DNA from: Alteromonas sp.
GTDB taxonomy: Bacteria > Margulisbacteria > Marinamargulisbacteria > UBA6595
Direction of reading: 5' to 3'
Assembly: GCA_964220215.1 (NCBI GenBank)
Contig: CAXPTH010000023.1
Location: forward strand, 1 to 64,000
DNA: 64,000 nucleotides
The notes beneath the pieces were generated by a model. That model was not told the DNA's origin. It worked only from the letters and a program-made list of their open reading frames with translations, and ran no database searches. The translations under genes were made by a program, and so were the position numbers. Position 1 is the stretch's first letter. Every line of letters begins with the position of its first letter. Below, in pieces: positions 1-9,273 of the stretch.

Positions 1-816
1 CAACAAGTTACAGACTCTAATTCTGAAAAAGCAATTAATGCGTTACTAGCCGAAGACCGTTTAATGGATTTATTGGGTCTTTTATTCGATGTAAGCAAAG
101 ACTCTAATTATACCGTCAACTATTTTGATACGCTAGATGAAACCGATCGTTCATTGATCTGCCGTTGCTTTGATTGGCAGTGCGATACTAAAGAAATATT
201 TCGAGATAAGATACTTAATCTGATCAGTGAGTCCCGACGCGTCGAATTTGACTTCATCTTATCTGCAAACTCAAAACCGGTCAACTTGGAAGTTAAAGCT
301 TGGAACTTGCTAAACAAGGATCGTTCACACAATGAACAAAAAATAGCCTCGTTGATTCAACGAATAAAGAACCAATTGAAAAACCAAAACGGCTACTACA
401 AAAGTCATTGTGTTTTCATTAGCGACAGAACGGATCAATACGATATCGAACAAGAACGAACGGCACTACAGTTTGTCGCAAAAACATGCAATTTAACGAT
501 CAAAGATTTGAAAAAATCCGATATCGATAGTCAAACAAAGCTCAAAGATATAATAACAACAGCGTCAGAAGAAGCGTCTACATTATTTATCATGCCACAA
601 AACGCTATCAAGTCAGCCATTGAACACCCGGATGGAGACGAATTCCAAACTGTATTCAACTCGCATAAAATTAGCAAAAAAAATGCTCCAAAACGAGGCA
701 AAGACGCTGAGGGACTTCTGAGAGAACTCTTCAACACCTACACCATTGATATGGCTAGCGGGTTGATATTTACAGATACGGACACCGCAATGTCCAGTGG
801 ATCAACGAGTCGTTAA
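1..816 (+). CDS. hypothetical protein, AT-rich, probably 5'-truncated by the window edge
   Basis: Frame is open from base 1 (QQVTDSNSEKAINALLAEDRLM...) to TAA at 814-816; no recognisable motif; stop overlaps the lpxC stop. Confidence 0.6.
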   Translation, partial: QQVTDSNSEKAINALLAEDRLMDLLGLLFDVSKDSNYTVNYFDTLDETDRSLICRCFDWQCDTKEIFRDKILNLISESRRVEFDFILSANSKPVNLEVKAWNLLNKDRSHNEQKIASLIQRIKNQLKNQNGYYKSHCVFISDRTDQYDIEQERTALQFVAKTCNLTIKDLKKSDIDSQTKLKDIITTASEEASTLFIMPQNAIKSAIEHPDGDEFQTVFNSHKISKKNAPKRGKDAEGLLRELFNTYTIDMASGLIFTDTDTAMSSGSTSR

Positions 817-1640
817 CTATGGCGGTGGCAGTCTAAATCCAACGCCTCAACCAGGGCTAAATTCGCCGCATGGCCGGATCGAATACCCAGCACATGCCCC
901 TGAATTGGACGACCGAAAATGGACAAGTCCCCAATAATATCCAAAATTTTATGCGCAGCAGGCTCCACCGGCACCCGCAACTCGGATTGATACCCATCCG
1001 CATCAATCCCCAACACATTGTCTGCCCGAATGCCCTTTCCCAAACCCGCCGCTTCAATGGCGGCTAAATCCGAGGCAAACCCAAACGTACGCGCGGGTGC
1101 AATCGCCGTTTCAAACCAATCCTCCGTCCACACCCCGTGGCACACTTGGGTATCCACAACCGTATCCGCATGCGTCAAAATATAGGTAAAGCGCACGCGA
1201 TCATCGGGCAATAGAATCAACTGACCCCCTTGATTGTCAATGCGCATGGGGGCTTGAACCACCCAGGGCGATTGGCATCCCGGCAAGGCTACCCGGCCAG
1301 CCTCCCGAATGGCCACTACCCATGGCTGAGCACTGCCATCTAAAATAGGAACCTCTTCCGCATCCAGGGTAATGTCAATATCTGTAATGCCGCACCCCCA
1401 AATAGCGGCCAGCAGATGCTCCGGCGTGGTCACGCGGACCCCATTGGCGGCCAAGGCCGTGGCACGATTGGCACCGGATATTGACGCTGGGCATACCGGC
1501 ACCCACGCTGAACAATCCGATCGATAAAACCGAACCCCGGAATCCCCCGGGGACACCGTCACGGTCACCGGCTTGCCAGAATGAATGCCAATCCCCGACA
1601 CCGATACCGTGGACTGAATGGTTTGGTTGGGGCGAATCAT
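813..1640 (-). CDS. lpxC: UDP-3-O-acyl-N-acetylglucosamine deacetylase
   Basis: GIGIHSG, TPEHLLAA, EVPILDGSA, IAPARTFGF, HKILDIIGDL, SGH motifs. Confidence 0.95.
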   Translation of the reverse strand: MIRPNQTIQSTVSVSGIGIHSGKPVTVTVSPGDSGVRFYRSDCSAWVPVCPASISGANRATALAANGVRVTTPEHLLAAIWGCGITDIDITLDAEEVPILDGSAQPWVVAIREAGRVALPGCQSPWVVQAPMRIDNQGGQLILLPDDRVRFTYILTHADTVVDTQVCHGVWTEDWFETAIAPARTFGFASDLAAIEAAGLGKGIRADNVLGIDADGYQSELRVPVEPAAHKILDIIGDLSIFGRPIQGHVLGIRSGHAANLALVEALDLDCHRHS

Positions 1641-2716
1641 CAGAACACCGCCTCGTTAATCGCCACCGCCACTGCGGCATATACCTGATCCTGCAATTGT
1701 GCCAACAAGACATCCGAATCCACCTGAATCCGCGCCTGAATCCGCAATTGGTAATCGGCTGGAAATTGAATATCCCGATACTTTATGGGCAAATCAATCG
1801 TCGGGTCTCCCAACTCGCGGGTCTGAGACACCTGTTCATTTAAAGGAATGCGTGCAATGCGCGCGCCCAAATGATACACATCCACGTGCCCCACCGCCTG
1901 TAGGGTATAGTCCCGATCATACACCCGGTATTGAAAATCATGCGTATACCACCGATTAGCCCCATGCTCTGTTTTTGAAAACCGCAACTGATCATACGCC
2001 CAAACCGGCTCGGTCATGGTATCGGTTTGAATCACCCGAGCCGTAACACGAATGTGCGTATCCGCACTGGGCGTTTGTATATAATAGGGCGTATCCGATG
2101 CCTGCAAATGATGCATCACTGCGGCCGGCATCCCATCGTGAATCCGTGGCATCCAGATCGAAGCATCCAGATCATCCACCACCAACGGCGCCTCCCATAC
2201 CCAGGTCAACTGAATGGACCGCATCACCGCTTGATTTAACTGATCGAGACGTTGCGTATCGGCCAATGTGAGGGTATCGTACATCTGAATCTGCTCCCAG
2301 ATGAGCAATTCCCGCAAGGGGTCTGTCTCAGCGTCAGCCGACTGCCGCCACTGCGCCACGGCCGCCGATTGCGCATCCGCACAGCGTTGGCGATGGGGAA
2401 ACGGCTGCTGATCTAAAAACGGTTGGGGCAATCGAGCAATGAGCGGCACTATCGTTTGACAAGTGGCCAAATAATCCGTCACCAGTGTTTGGCGGGAGGC
2501 CCGATCCAACTGCTGATTCAATGCCCCCATCAAACGGGGCCCATGATCATGCAAAAACTGCTCCGCTGATTTGCGAGTCTTGGGCTGCTCCCAATCGGCC
2601 ACAACCCCAACCAGCGCTTCGCGATAATTGCCATAGTAAAACTGGCGTTCCGCAGACGCGTCATCCAACTGGCACCCCCCCAGTATCAAGCCGATAACGA
2701 ACCAAATCCAAACCAT
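1640..2716 (-). CDS. hypothetical protein, putative lipoprotein
   Basis: Hydrophobic N-terminus with lipobox-like LGGC; tightly packed in the operon. Confidence 0.6.
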   Translation of the reverse strand: MVWIWFVIGLILGGCQLDDASAERQFYYGNYREALVGVVADWEQPKTRKSAEQFLHDHGPRLMGALNQQLDRASRQTLVTDYLATCQTIVPLIARLPQPFLDQQPFPHRQRCADAQSAAVAQWRQSADAETDPLRELLIWEQIQMYDTLTLADTQRLDQLNQAVMRSIQLTWVWEAPLVVDDLDASIWMPRIHDGMPAAVMHHLQASDTPYYIQTPSADTHIRVTARVIQTDTMTEPVWAYDQLRFSKTEHGANRWYTHDFQYRVYDRDYTLQAVGHVDVYHLGARIARIPLNEQVSQTRELGDPTIDLPIKYRDIQFPADYQLRIQARIQVDSDVLLAQLQDQVYAAVAVAINEAVF

Positions 2717-3240
2717 TTTAACAACGCACGTTCAATCTCGCGCTGGGGTATTTTTAAAATAGAATCGCTATCCGGATCCAACGGCTGAACCAAAATGCCA
2801 TACCCCCCCAACCGGTTGGCAAACACAATGTCTGTAAACAATTGATCCCCAATCACAATCGGATTATCTATATAAATGCCCGAATGATCCAAAAATTCCT
2901 GAAACGCCGATAGCCACGGCTTACACGCAAATCGCATCCCCGGAACAGCGGCTGCCTGGCACACCGACTCCACACGGCTTTGGGACCGATTGTTACTCAC
3001 AATGATCACATGAAACCCCAACGATTTTACAGTTTCTATCCAAGTCAATTTTTGCAAACTGAGGGTGTACTCGTTGTACGACATCAACGTATTGTCCAAA
3101 TCCAAAATAACGGTTCGATGCCCAGCGGCATACAAGGCACGCATATCAATGTCTTCTACCGATCGGTGCACAGCACTGGGCCGAAACCATCGGGTTACTA
3201 CGGCCTTAATCGTCGACCATCGCACCCAATATTGGTTCAT
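2686..3240 (-). CDS. YqeG-family HAD IIIA phosphatase
   Basis: DLDNTL, VSNN, KP and IGDQLFTDI motifs. Confidence 0.88.
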   Translation of the reverse strand: MNQYWVRWSTIKAVVTRWFRPSAVHRSVEDIDMRALYAAGHRTVILDLDNTLMSYNEYTLSLQKLTWIETVKSLGFHVIIVSNNRSQSRVESVCQAAAVPGMRFACKPWLSAFQEFLDHSGIYIDNPIVIGDQLFTDIVFANRLGGYGILVQPLDPDSDSILKIPQREIERALLKWFGFGSLSA

Positions 3241-3851
3241 AGCAGGGGTGAAATACGGGCCACTAAGGCATCAATATCCGAATGCAAAAATCGCAACCGA
3301 ACGGGGTTGGCAATAAGCAAAGCGGTTGACTCAAGCAGCGTATCCAAACAATGCAACCCATTGGCTTTCAGGGTCGCCCCTGTTGCCGTTAAATCCACAA
3401 TGTATTCCGCTAAGCCAGTCACCGGCGCACTTTCAATAGACCCGTATAGTTTTAACACACTCACCGGGCAATGTTTCGTTTGAAAATAGGCCTCGGTTAA
3501 CCGCGGGTACTTGGTAGCCACACGGCTGTAGGGCTTCACCGCATCGGATGGATGTAAGCCAGCCAAAACCAACTGGCAGTCCCCAAACCGCAAATCCAGC
3601 AAGCGTGCCACATTGGGCTGCTGTTCGGCCAATACATCCTCGCCCACAACACCAATATCAGCGGCCCCATTGGCCACAAACACCGGAACATCCCAGGGCC
3701 GCACTAAAATGAAGGTATACCGACCCGATGTGTCGGTAATTTGGAGCTGTCGCGTTTCCGTTATAGGCTCAGCAAACTGAACCCCCAATTGAGCAAAGAT
3801 TTCCGCTGTTTTTCCCAATAAATACCCTTTGGCAACCGCTACTCGAATCAT
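3237..3851 (-). CDS. hisG: ATP phosphoribosyltransferase, short form
   Basis: AVAKG, VRPWDVP, ADIGVVGEDVL, VATKYP, YGSIESAP, IVDLTATGATLKANGL; start moved to ATG 3851 (ATGA overlap with hisZ stop). Confidence 0.93.
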   Translation of the reverse strand: MIRVAVAKGYLLGKTAEIFAQLGVQFAEPITETRQLQITDTSGRYTFILVRPWDVPVFVANGAADIGVVGEDVLAEQQPNVARLLDLRFGDCQLVLAGLHPSDAVKPYSRVATKYPRLTEAYFQTKHCPVSVLKLYGSIESAPVTGLAEYIVDLTATGATLKANGLHCLDTLLESTALLIANPVRLRFLHSDIDALVARISPLL

Positions 3852-4630
3852 GACAACACCGCCATAATCGCATTCATATTCAAACAAAACCCCACCGCTG
3901 GCCGATCCGGCCCAAATTGAGCCAACAACCCATCGTAGCGCCCCCCCGTTGCGATAACACCACCCCAAGCAGGCACCGTTGCCTCAAACACAATACCGGT
4001 ATAATACGTAACGTCGTTAACAACCGCACGATTGGGAACAATTTGCGGGTGATTGCACGTCTGAATAACCGATTGCAAAGCCGCAGGCGCATCCGTCAAA
4101 GCAGCCGCCCCACGGGCCGGAATACCCGAATAGCGATAGTCTAACCCCGATGCCATGGCATCCACGTGCCCCACATCAATCAACCAGTCGGATAGCTGTA
4201 AGGCATCAAACACGTGCGTTAATAGGCGCAACACATCCGCATCCGCATCGGGGGATTCTCCGATTAATTCTACGCCAATTTGACTTTGCTCCACACAAGC
4301 CCCGGCATCGTCTCGATAATAAATAGGCCCCACATAGCACAGTTTAATTGGCCCCGTTTTGTTTCGCATGTGCATACCCACCAACCGCGCAATCGGCACG
4401 GTATGATCCGGGCGCAGAACCATAATGTGATCCCGATCCACCAATTGGACCAAGGACCGATTGCGCGCATTGGGCATGGCATTCACAATCATGGATGCGT
4501 ATTCCAATAACGGCGTCGAAACCGGCTGATACCCATGGGCCCGCAATGTATCCAAAATGATGGATTGAACGGCTTGCTGTTGATCCCATTGAACCGGGGT
4601 TATATCTTGCAATTCACCGGGTGTAATCAT
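3848..4630 (-). CDS. hisZ: ATP phosphoribosyltransferase regulatory subunit (HisRS paralogue)
   Basis: TPLLEY, LRPDHTVPIAR, QIGVELIG, YYTGIVF, GGRYDGLL, PAVGF; adjacent to short hisG; start ATG 4630. Confidence 0.88.
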   Translation of the reverse strand: MITPGELQDITPVQWDQQQAVQSIILDTLRAHGYQPVSTPLLEYASMIVNAMPNARNRSLVQLVDRDHIMVLRPDHTVPIARLVGMHMRNKTGPIKLCYVGPIYYRDDAGACVEQSQIGVELIGESPDADADVLRLLTHVFDALQLSDWLIDVGHVDAMASGLDYRYSGIPARGAAALTDAPAALQSVIQTCNHPQIVPNRAVVNDVTYYTGIVFEATVPAWGGVIATGGRYDGLLAQFGPDRPAVGFCLNMNAIMAVLS

Positions 4631-5337
4631 GGCGTCACCACGACCCCCTTCCCCGGTGTAATCGTCACCGGAAAGCATCCCGATTGAATCGATACCCCCC
4701 GCATTTTATATACACAGATATGGCGCTGATGCTCCATGACATCCACGCTGTGCTGCAATTGAATCACACCGGCCGTTGCAAAGGCCTCGGTATCGTGCTG
4801 ATCCAATCCCCCAGAGTGAGCATTGGCAATTAACACAACCGTGCTCTCTATTTTAGACTCAAACATGCCAATTAATTGACGCAGGTATTCCAAAACAGCC
4901 AGGGATCGTGAATGGCGAAAAATCAGCGGGGACACCGGGTCCATCACCACACGCTGCGCCCCAAATTTAGCAATAAATCGGCGAATATCATCCACCAATT
5001 GTGTGGCACTAAAGACATCATCATGTAGGGCTTCTGTGTTATTAAAATAATGGGTTAAATCCAAAATTTTTAAATGATTATTACGCAAATACGGTGCCAA
5101 CGACAGCCCTACAGACTCGGCATCCACAATGCATTGGGTAGCCGGTTGATCCAGGGTAATATACACGGCTTTTTCACCGGATCGCAAACCGGCCAACACA
5201 AACTGAATCCCCAGCATCGTTTTGCCTACCCCCGGTTGTCCGGATACCAAAACCGTGCGCCCATTGGGATACCCGCCACCCACCAACCGATCCAAACCCG
5301 GAACACCCGTACTCACGGGCTGCTTTATTGTACTCAT
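4627..5337 (-). CDS. single-domain KaiC/RAD55-like RecA-superfamily ATPase
   Basis: STGVPGLDRLVGGG, Walker A GQPGVGKT, RVVMDP, VYKMRG. Confidence 0.85.
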   Translation of the reverse strand: MSTIKQPVSTGVPGLDRLVGGGYPNGRTVLVSGQPGVGKTMLGIQFVLAGLRSGEKAVYITLDQPATQCIVDAESVGLSLAPYLRNNHLKILDLTHYFNNTEALHDDVFSATQLVDDIRRFIAKFGAQRVVMDPVSPLIFRHSRSLAVLEYLRQLIGMFESKIESTVVLIANAHSGGLDQHDTEAFATAGVIQLQHSVDVMEHQRHICVYKMRGVSIQSGCFPVTITPGKGVVVTP

Positions 5338-5915
5338 TGCGTCATTCCTTGCTTTAATATTCGAGATAATTTGTCTTCAACGCTCATGCTAGCATCCAAC
5401 TGAACCCCTTGGGTCATGGCACGCACCTCATTGGTTTTGTATCCCAACGCTTGCAGCGCCATTAACACATCCGAATCTTGGCTCACCGCAGCCGGTACCG
5501 CCGAATAATCGCCATCGGCCACCGCATCTTTGAGCTCCATAATGATGCGCTCCGCCATTTTTTTTCCCACCCCACTCACCTGGGTCAGTGTGGCCACATC
5601 GCCCTGCTGAATGGCCGACTTCATGGTGCGAACTGCTAAGCCCGAAAACACAGCCAAGGCAATGCGGGGACCCAATCCTGTAACGCCCAATAACTGAATA
5701 AAAAACGCCCGGTCATCCATCGATAAAAACCCGTACAAAGTTTGAACATTTTCTCGTAAATGATGATAAATGGCCAACCCGGCGACCTGGCCGTCATGCG
5801 GCAATTCCGATTGCAACCGGGTCGGCATAAAAACTTGGTACCCCACCCCGGCCGCCTCCACAACAATGGAGTCATCACAGTGTCGTGTCCATGAACCGGT
5901 TAATGTAATAATCAT
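5334..5915 (-). CDS. ruvA: Holliday junction branch migration protein RuvA
   Basis: GVGYQV, LYGF, GLGPRIAL, GVGKKMAERIIMELKD, ALQALGY. Confidence 0.95.
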   Translation of the reverse strand: MIITLTGSWTRHCDDSIVVEAAGVGYQVFMPTRLQSELPHDGQVAGLAIYHHLRENVQTLYGFLSMDDRAFFIQLLGVTGLGPRIALAVFSGLAVRTMKSAIQQGDVATLTQVSGVGKKMAERIIMELKDAVADGDYSAVPAAVSQDSDVLMALQALGYKTNEVRAMTQGVQLDASMSVEDKLSRILKQGMTQ

Positions 5916-5924
5916 AGTTACGTC

Positions 5925-6398
5925 TTATTTTACGTCAGTTAAGCCACATACCGCAACGGCAAGCGCATCAGCAACATCATCTGGCTTGGGAATTTCTGAT
6001 AATCCCAGCAAGTGCTTCACCATGTATTGCACCTGTTTTTTATCCGCACTGCCGTATCCCGTTACCCCCTGTTTCACTTGCAGGGGGGTATAATCAGCAA
6101 CTGAAAGTCCGGCTTGCTGACCGGCCAACAGCACCACCCCCCGCGCCTGACCAACCAAAAAAGCAGTCCGAACGTTGGTATTAAAAAACAAAGACTCGAC
6201 CGCCATGTGTGTGGGTTGATAGCGTTGAATCAGGGATGTTAAATCCGCATACACAGTTGCTAACCGCTCGCCCAGTGGCGTATTGGCGGGCGTTGTAATG
6301 GCCCCCCATGTTATTGGCTTGAGGTTGCCGGCAACCTGCTCCACAAACCCAAACCCCGTGATTGCAAGCCCCGGGTCAATGCCCAGCATCACACTCAT
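5925..6398 (-). CDS. ruvC: crossover junction endodeoxyribonuclease RuvC
   Basis: LGIDPG, AVESLFF, GQARGV, YTPLQVK, DDVADALAVA. Confidence 0.96.
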   Translation of the reverse strand: MSVMLGIDPGLAITGFGFVEQVAGNLKPITWGAITTPANTPLGERLATVYADLTSLIQRYQPTHMAVESLFFNTNVRTAFLVGQARGVVLLAGQQAGLSVADYTPLQVKQGVTGYGSADKKQVQYMVKHLLGLSEIPKPDDVADALAVAVCGLTDVK

Positions 6399-7081
6399 TT
6401 GATGGCCAATACGCCTTCAAAACACACATGCTTGAACACCGTCATGGTATCCACAAAGCCCGCACGGGTTAACAAATCGCAATTGCCCTGAGTCGAAAAC
6501 GGAGACAGCACTTGCTTGAGCTGGCGCGATTTTTTTAAAATCTCATCCGAGTTGTAGCCTTGCGCTACTTTATAATCCGTATAAATTCCCGTCATGATGT
6601 CTTGAAATCGGGCATCTGGCGCTCGGACTTTTTCAAACCAGACCAAGGCCCCACCCCAATTCAAACTGGAATAGATCCGATCCATCACAATTTGTCGGCA
6701 CTTGGGTGGAATAAATTGCAACGTATAATACGCTACAATAAAATCGGCTTGCGGCCAGTCAATCGCCAACGCATCCGCACACACAAACTCAATATTGCTG
6801 TGCCCCTGGCACGTGTCTTTTGCTTTTTCAATCATGGCCGGAACCACGTCCACGGCTAAGACACGCCCCGATTTTTTCGCCGCCCGCTGCGCCAATTGCT
6901 GGGTCAACTGACCCGTGGAGCACCCCACATCAACCACCCAACTCTCGGGACCAATGAAGTAATCGGATATGGCCAACACCAACTGATGCCCATGCGCATA
7001 CAACGGGACCGACCGCTCAATGTGCGAATCAAACTGCCCCACTATGTCGCCATCAAACGTCCAGGTGGCGTTATCGTGCAT
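6395..7081 (-). CDS. CmoA-like SAM-dependent methyltransferase
   Basis: WTFD...FDSHIERSVPLY, DVGCSTG, YTLQFI, EK; start set at ATG 7081 just after the pyk stop. Confidence 0.8.
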   Translation of the reverse strand: MHDNATWTFDGDIVGQFDSHIERSVPLYAHGHQLVLAISDYFIGPESWVVDVGCSTGQLTQQLAQRAAKKSGRVLAVDVVPAMIEKAKDTCQGHSNIEFVCADALAIDWPQADFIVAYYTLQFIPPKCRQIVMDRIYSSLNWGGALVWFEKVRAPDARFQDIMTGIYTDYKVAQGYNSDEILKKSRQLKQVLSPFSTQGNCDLLTRAGFVDTMTVFKHVCFEGVLAIK

Positions 7082-7085
7082 GGGG

Positions 7086-8573
7086 TTAGTCTTCACCCAC
7101 CATTTGAATTCGAATGGAGTTAATCCCCCCGGCTTGATTAATGGGAATCCCCGCCGTAATGACCAGTACATCCCCCTGGGCAATATAGCCACAGGCCTCG
7201 GCCTGAGCAATCCCCAAGGCAATCATATCGCGCCATCGGTGAATATCCGCAAAGCGTTTCGTTAGCATGATCGGAACAACCCCCCGGTACAAGGCCAATC
7301 GCCGCATGGTGGCTGGATTATCTGTCACACTAATAATGGGAAATGGGGTATTGAGTTTGGATGCAATTAAGGGGGTCTGCCCCGTACTGGTAAACACCAT
7401 AATAGCCCGCGCTTTGTTTTCTTGGGCAATTTGATCAGCCGCTTTGACAATAGACGTGGCTGCCGTTCGGTGGTTGGGGGCAAATACAAACCGGGGCATA
7501 CTGGTATTGTCTCGGCGCAAGTATTCAATATTGCGTTCTGTGGTAATGCAGATATCGCGCATGGTTTCGATTGCATGAATGGGATCATGCCCAGCGGCTG
7601 TTTCAGCGGATAGCATAACCGCATCGCATCGGTCATAAATGGCATTGGCCACGTCAGACACTTCTGCACGGGTTGCGGTATTTTCAGTAATTAAACTTTC
7701 GAGCATGTGCGTGGCAACAATAACGGGCTTAATGCGCCGATTGCATTCGTAAATAATACGCTTTTGAGCCGACGGCACATGATCAATCCCAATTTCAATC
7801 CCCAAATCTCCCCGCGCCACCATAACCGCATCGGCGATATCAATAATTTCCGCCAAGTTTTCCATGGCCTGGGGCCGTTCAATTTTGGCAATAATGCGAA
7901 TGCCAGTCCCCCCGCGGGCATCCAATTCATCGCGCAAGCGTTGAATGTCGGCTGCCGTTTGCACAAACGATAAGGCAACATAGTCCAGATCATTGGCTAG
8001 GGCCAAGTCTAAATCAATCCGGTCTTTCTCGGTCAATACCCCGGTGTGAATGGCTGTTTGGGGAATGTTCACGCCTTTTTTATTTCGAATAACCCCACCA
8101 TGCGCCACAGTACATACGAGACTATCGGCCATTTTTTCTGTCACCGTTAGCTTTAGTTTTCCGTCATCAATGTAAATGGGATCGCCCACCTGACAATCTG
8201 AAATGACGGTTTGAGACACATGGGCACACGTGTTATCTCCCAGTTGTTCGGGGTCATTCACCAACCGATACAACTGCCCTTTCTTGATGGTTGCGCGACC
8301 GTCTTTAAAGGAGCCAACCCGGATTTTTGGGCCTTGCAAATCCAAAAAAATACTCACCCAACGTTGCAAGTCAATCGATGCTTTGCGTATTGTTTGAACC
8401 AACTGACGTACCGATTCGGGGTCGCTATTGTGCGAAGCATTAATCCGAATAACATTGACCCCCGCCACCAACATTGCAGCAATGGTTTGTGGGGATTCGG
8501 ACGCAGGACCAATGGTGGCTACAATACTGGTGCGTTTTTGACTAATAATTTCTAAGTTATTGACCATAATCAA
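7086..8573 (-). CDS. pyk: pyruvate kinase
   Basis: IVATIGPAS, DLQGPKIRVG, IAKIE, MVARGDLG, TRAEVSDVANA, MLSAETA; start could be ATG 8567. Confidence 0.96.
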   Translation of the reverse strand: MIMVNNLEIISQKRTSIVATIGPASESPQTIAAMLVAGVNVIRINASHNSDPESVRQLVQTIRKASIDLQRWVSIFLDLQGPKIRVGSFKDGRATIKKGQLYRLVNDPEQLGDNTCAHVSQTVISDCQVGDPIYIDDGKLKLTVTEKMADSLVCTVAHGGVIRNKKGVNIPQTAIHTGVLTEKDRIDLDLALANDLDYVALSFVQTAADIQRLRDELDARGGTGIRIIAKIERPQAMENLAEIIDIADAVMVARGDLGIEIGIDHVPSAQKRIIYECNRRIKPVIVATHMLESLITENTATRAEVSDVANAIYDRCDAVMLSAETAAGHDPIHAIETMRDICITTERNIEYLRRDNTSMPRFVFAPNHRTAATSIVKAADQIAQENKARAIMVFTSTGQTPLIASKLNTPFPIISVTDNPATMRRLALYRGVVPIMLTKRFADIHRWRDMIALGIAQAEACGYIAQGDVLVITAGIPINQAGGINSIRIQMVGED

Positions 8574-8662
8574 CTCTTTATAATATCACACCTGGGGATA
8601 CACCACAGTGCCAAACCCATTTGCCCCATTGATGGCGTTACCGTCGGATTGTATTCGAAATA

Positions 8663-8691
8663 TTGACATAATCAGAATTAATTATTATATT
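8663..8691 (+). promoter_or_regulatory. sigma70-type promoter upstream of the Pro-rich orphan
   Basis: TTGACA(8663-8668)-17 nt-TATATT(8686-8691) in an AT-rich tract. Confidence 0.55.
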
Positions 8692-8899
8692 ATCAAATAA
8701 ATATATTTAAATTTTGATTAAATAACAACTTTTAAATAATATTTTTTATTATTTTGTAAATAAATAGAAGTGGGGAGGCTTCAAAAACACGATTGGATTA
8801 TTGAATTATTAATACCATAGTTTATAAGTTTTAAAAAAAGCAACTTTTAAAACAACTGTTTTAATGTTGTTTATACCAGTGATAGGAGATTTCACAACC

Positions 8900-9148
8900 A
8901 TGATTAATGGAACACCAAATACAACAAATACACCAAATCAGCAGCAGCCGCCGCCGCCAGCTGCACCCAGATTGCGGCCAGCGGCACCCAAATTGCAGCC
9001 AGCGGTACCACCAGCGGTACCAAATGATTTAGAACCTCTACCAGATGCAGCAAACAGCGACCAATCAACAACCGCTCCCAACTCACCAAGAAGCCTTTCC
9101 AGCTCGCCATCAACCCCCCCCCAAACACCAAGACAACATGATAATTAA
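8900..9148 (+). CDS. 82-aa Pro/Ser/Thr-rich disordered orphan protein
   Basis: AGGAG at 8884-8888 before ATG 8900; in-frame internal repeats; upstream consensus promoter. Confidence 0.55.
   Translation: MINGTPNTTNTPNQQQPPPPAAPRLRPAAPKLQPAVPPAVPNDLEPLPDAANSDQSTTAPNSPRSLSSSPSTPPQTPRQHDN
8957..9022 (+). repeat. in-frame tandem repeats (21-nt x2, then 12-nt x2) encoding PAAPRLR-PAAPKLQ-PAVP-PAVP
   Basis: ccagctgcacccagattgcgg / ccagcggcacccaaattgcag / ccagcggtacca / ccagcggtacca. Confidence 0.8.
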
Positions 9149-9173
9149 ATTAGGGAATTAAACTAAGGTCTAA

Positions 9174-9249
9174 TGGTGGAGCCACGGGGGATCGAACCCC
9201 GGACCTCTAGCATGCCATGCTAGCGCTCTCCCAGCTGAGCTATAGCCCC
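9174..9249 (-). tRNA. tRNA-Ala(GGC)
   Basis: GGGGCTATAGCTCAGCTGGGAGAGCGCTAGCATGGCATGCTAGAGGTCCGGGGTTCGATCCCCCGTGGCTCCACCA; 76 nt, G3:U70, encoded CCA. Confidence 0.98.
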
Positions 9250-9273
9250 AATATATGGTAGTATACCATATGC

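Noticed and set aside
4627..5337. Circadian clock kaiC
   Set aside because: Single domain, no kaiA/kaiB nearby, no evident phosphosites
8760..8785. Possible att duplication of the tRNA-Ala 3' end (gtggggaggc)
   Set aside because: Similarity to tggtggagcc is too weak to exceed chance
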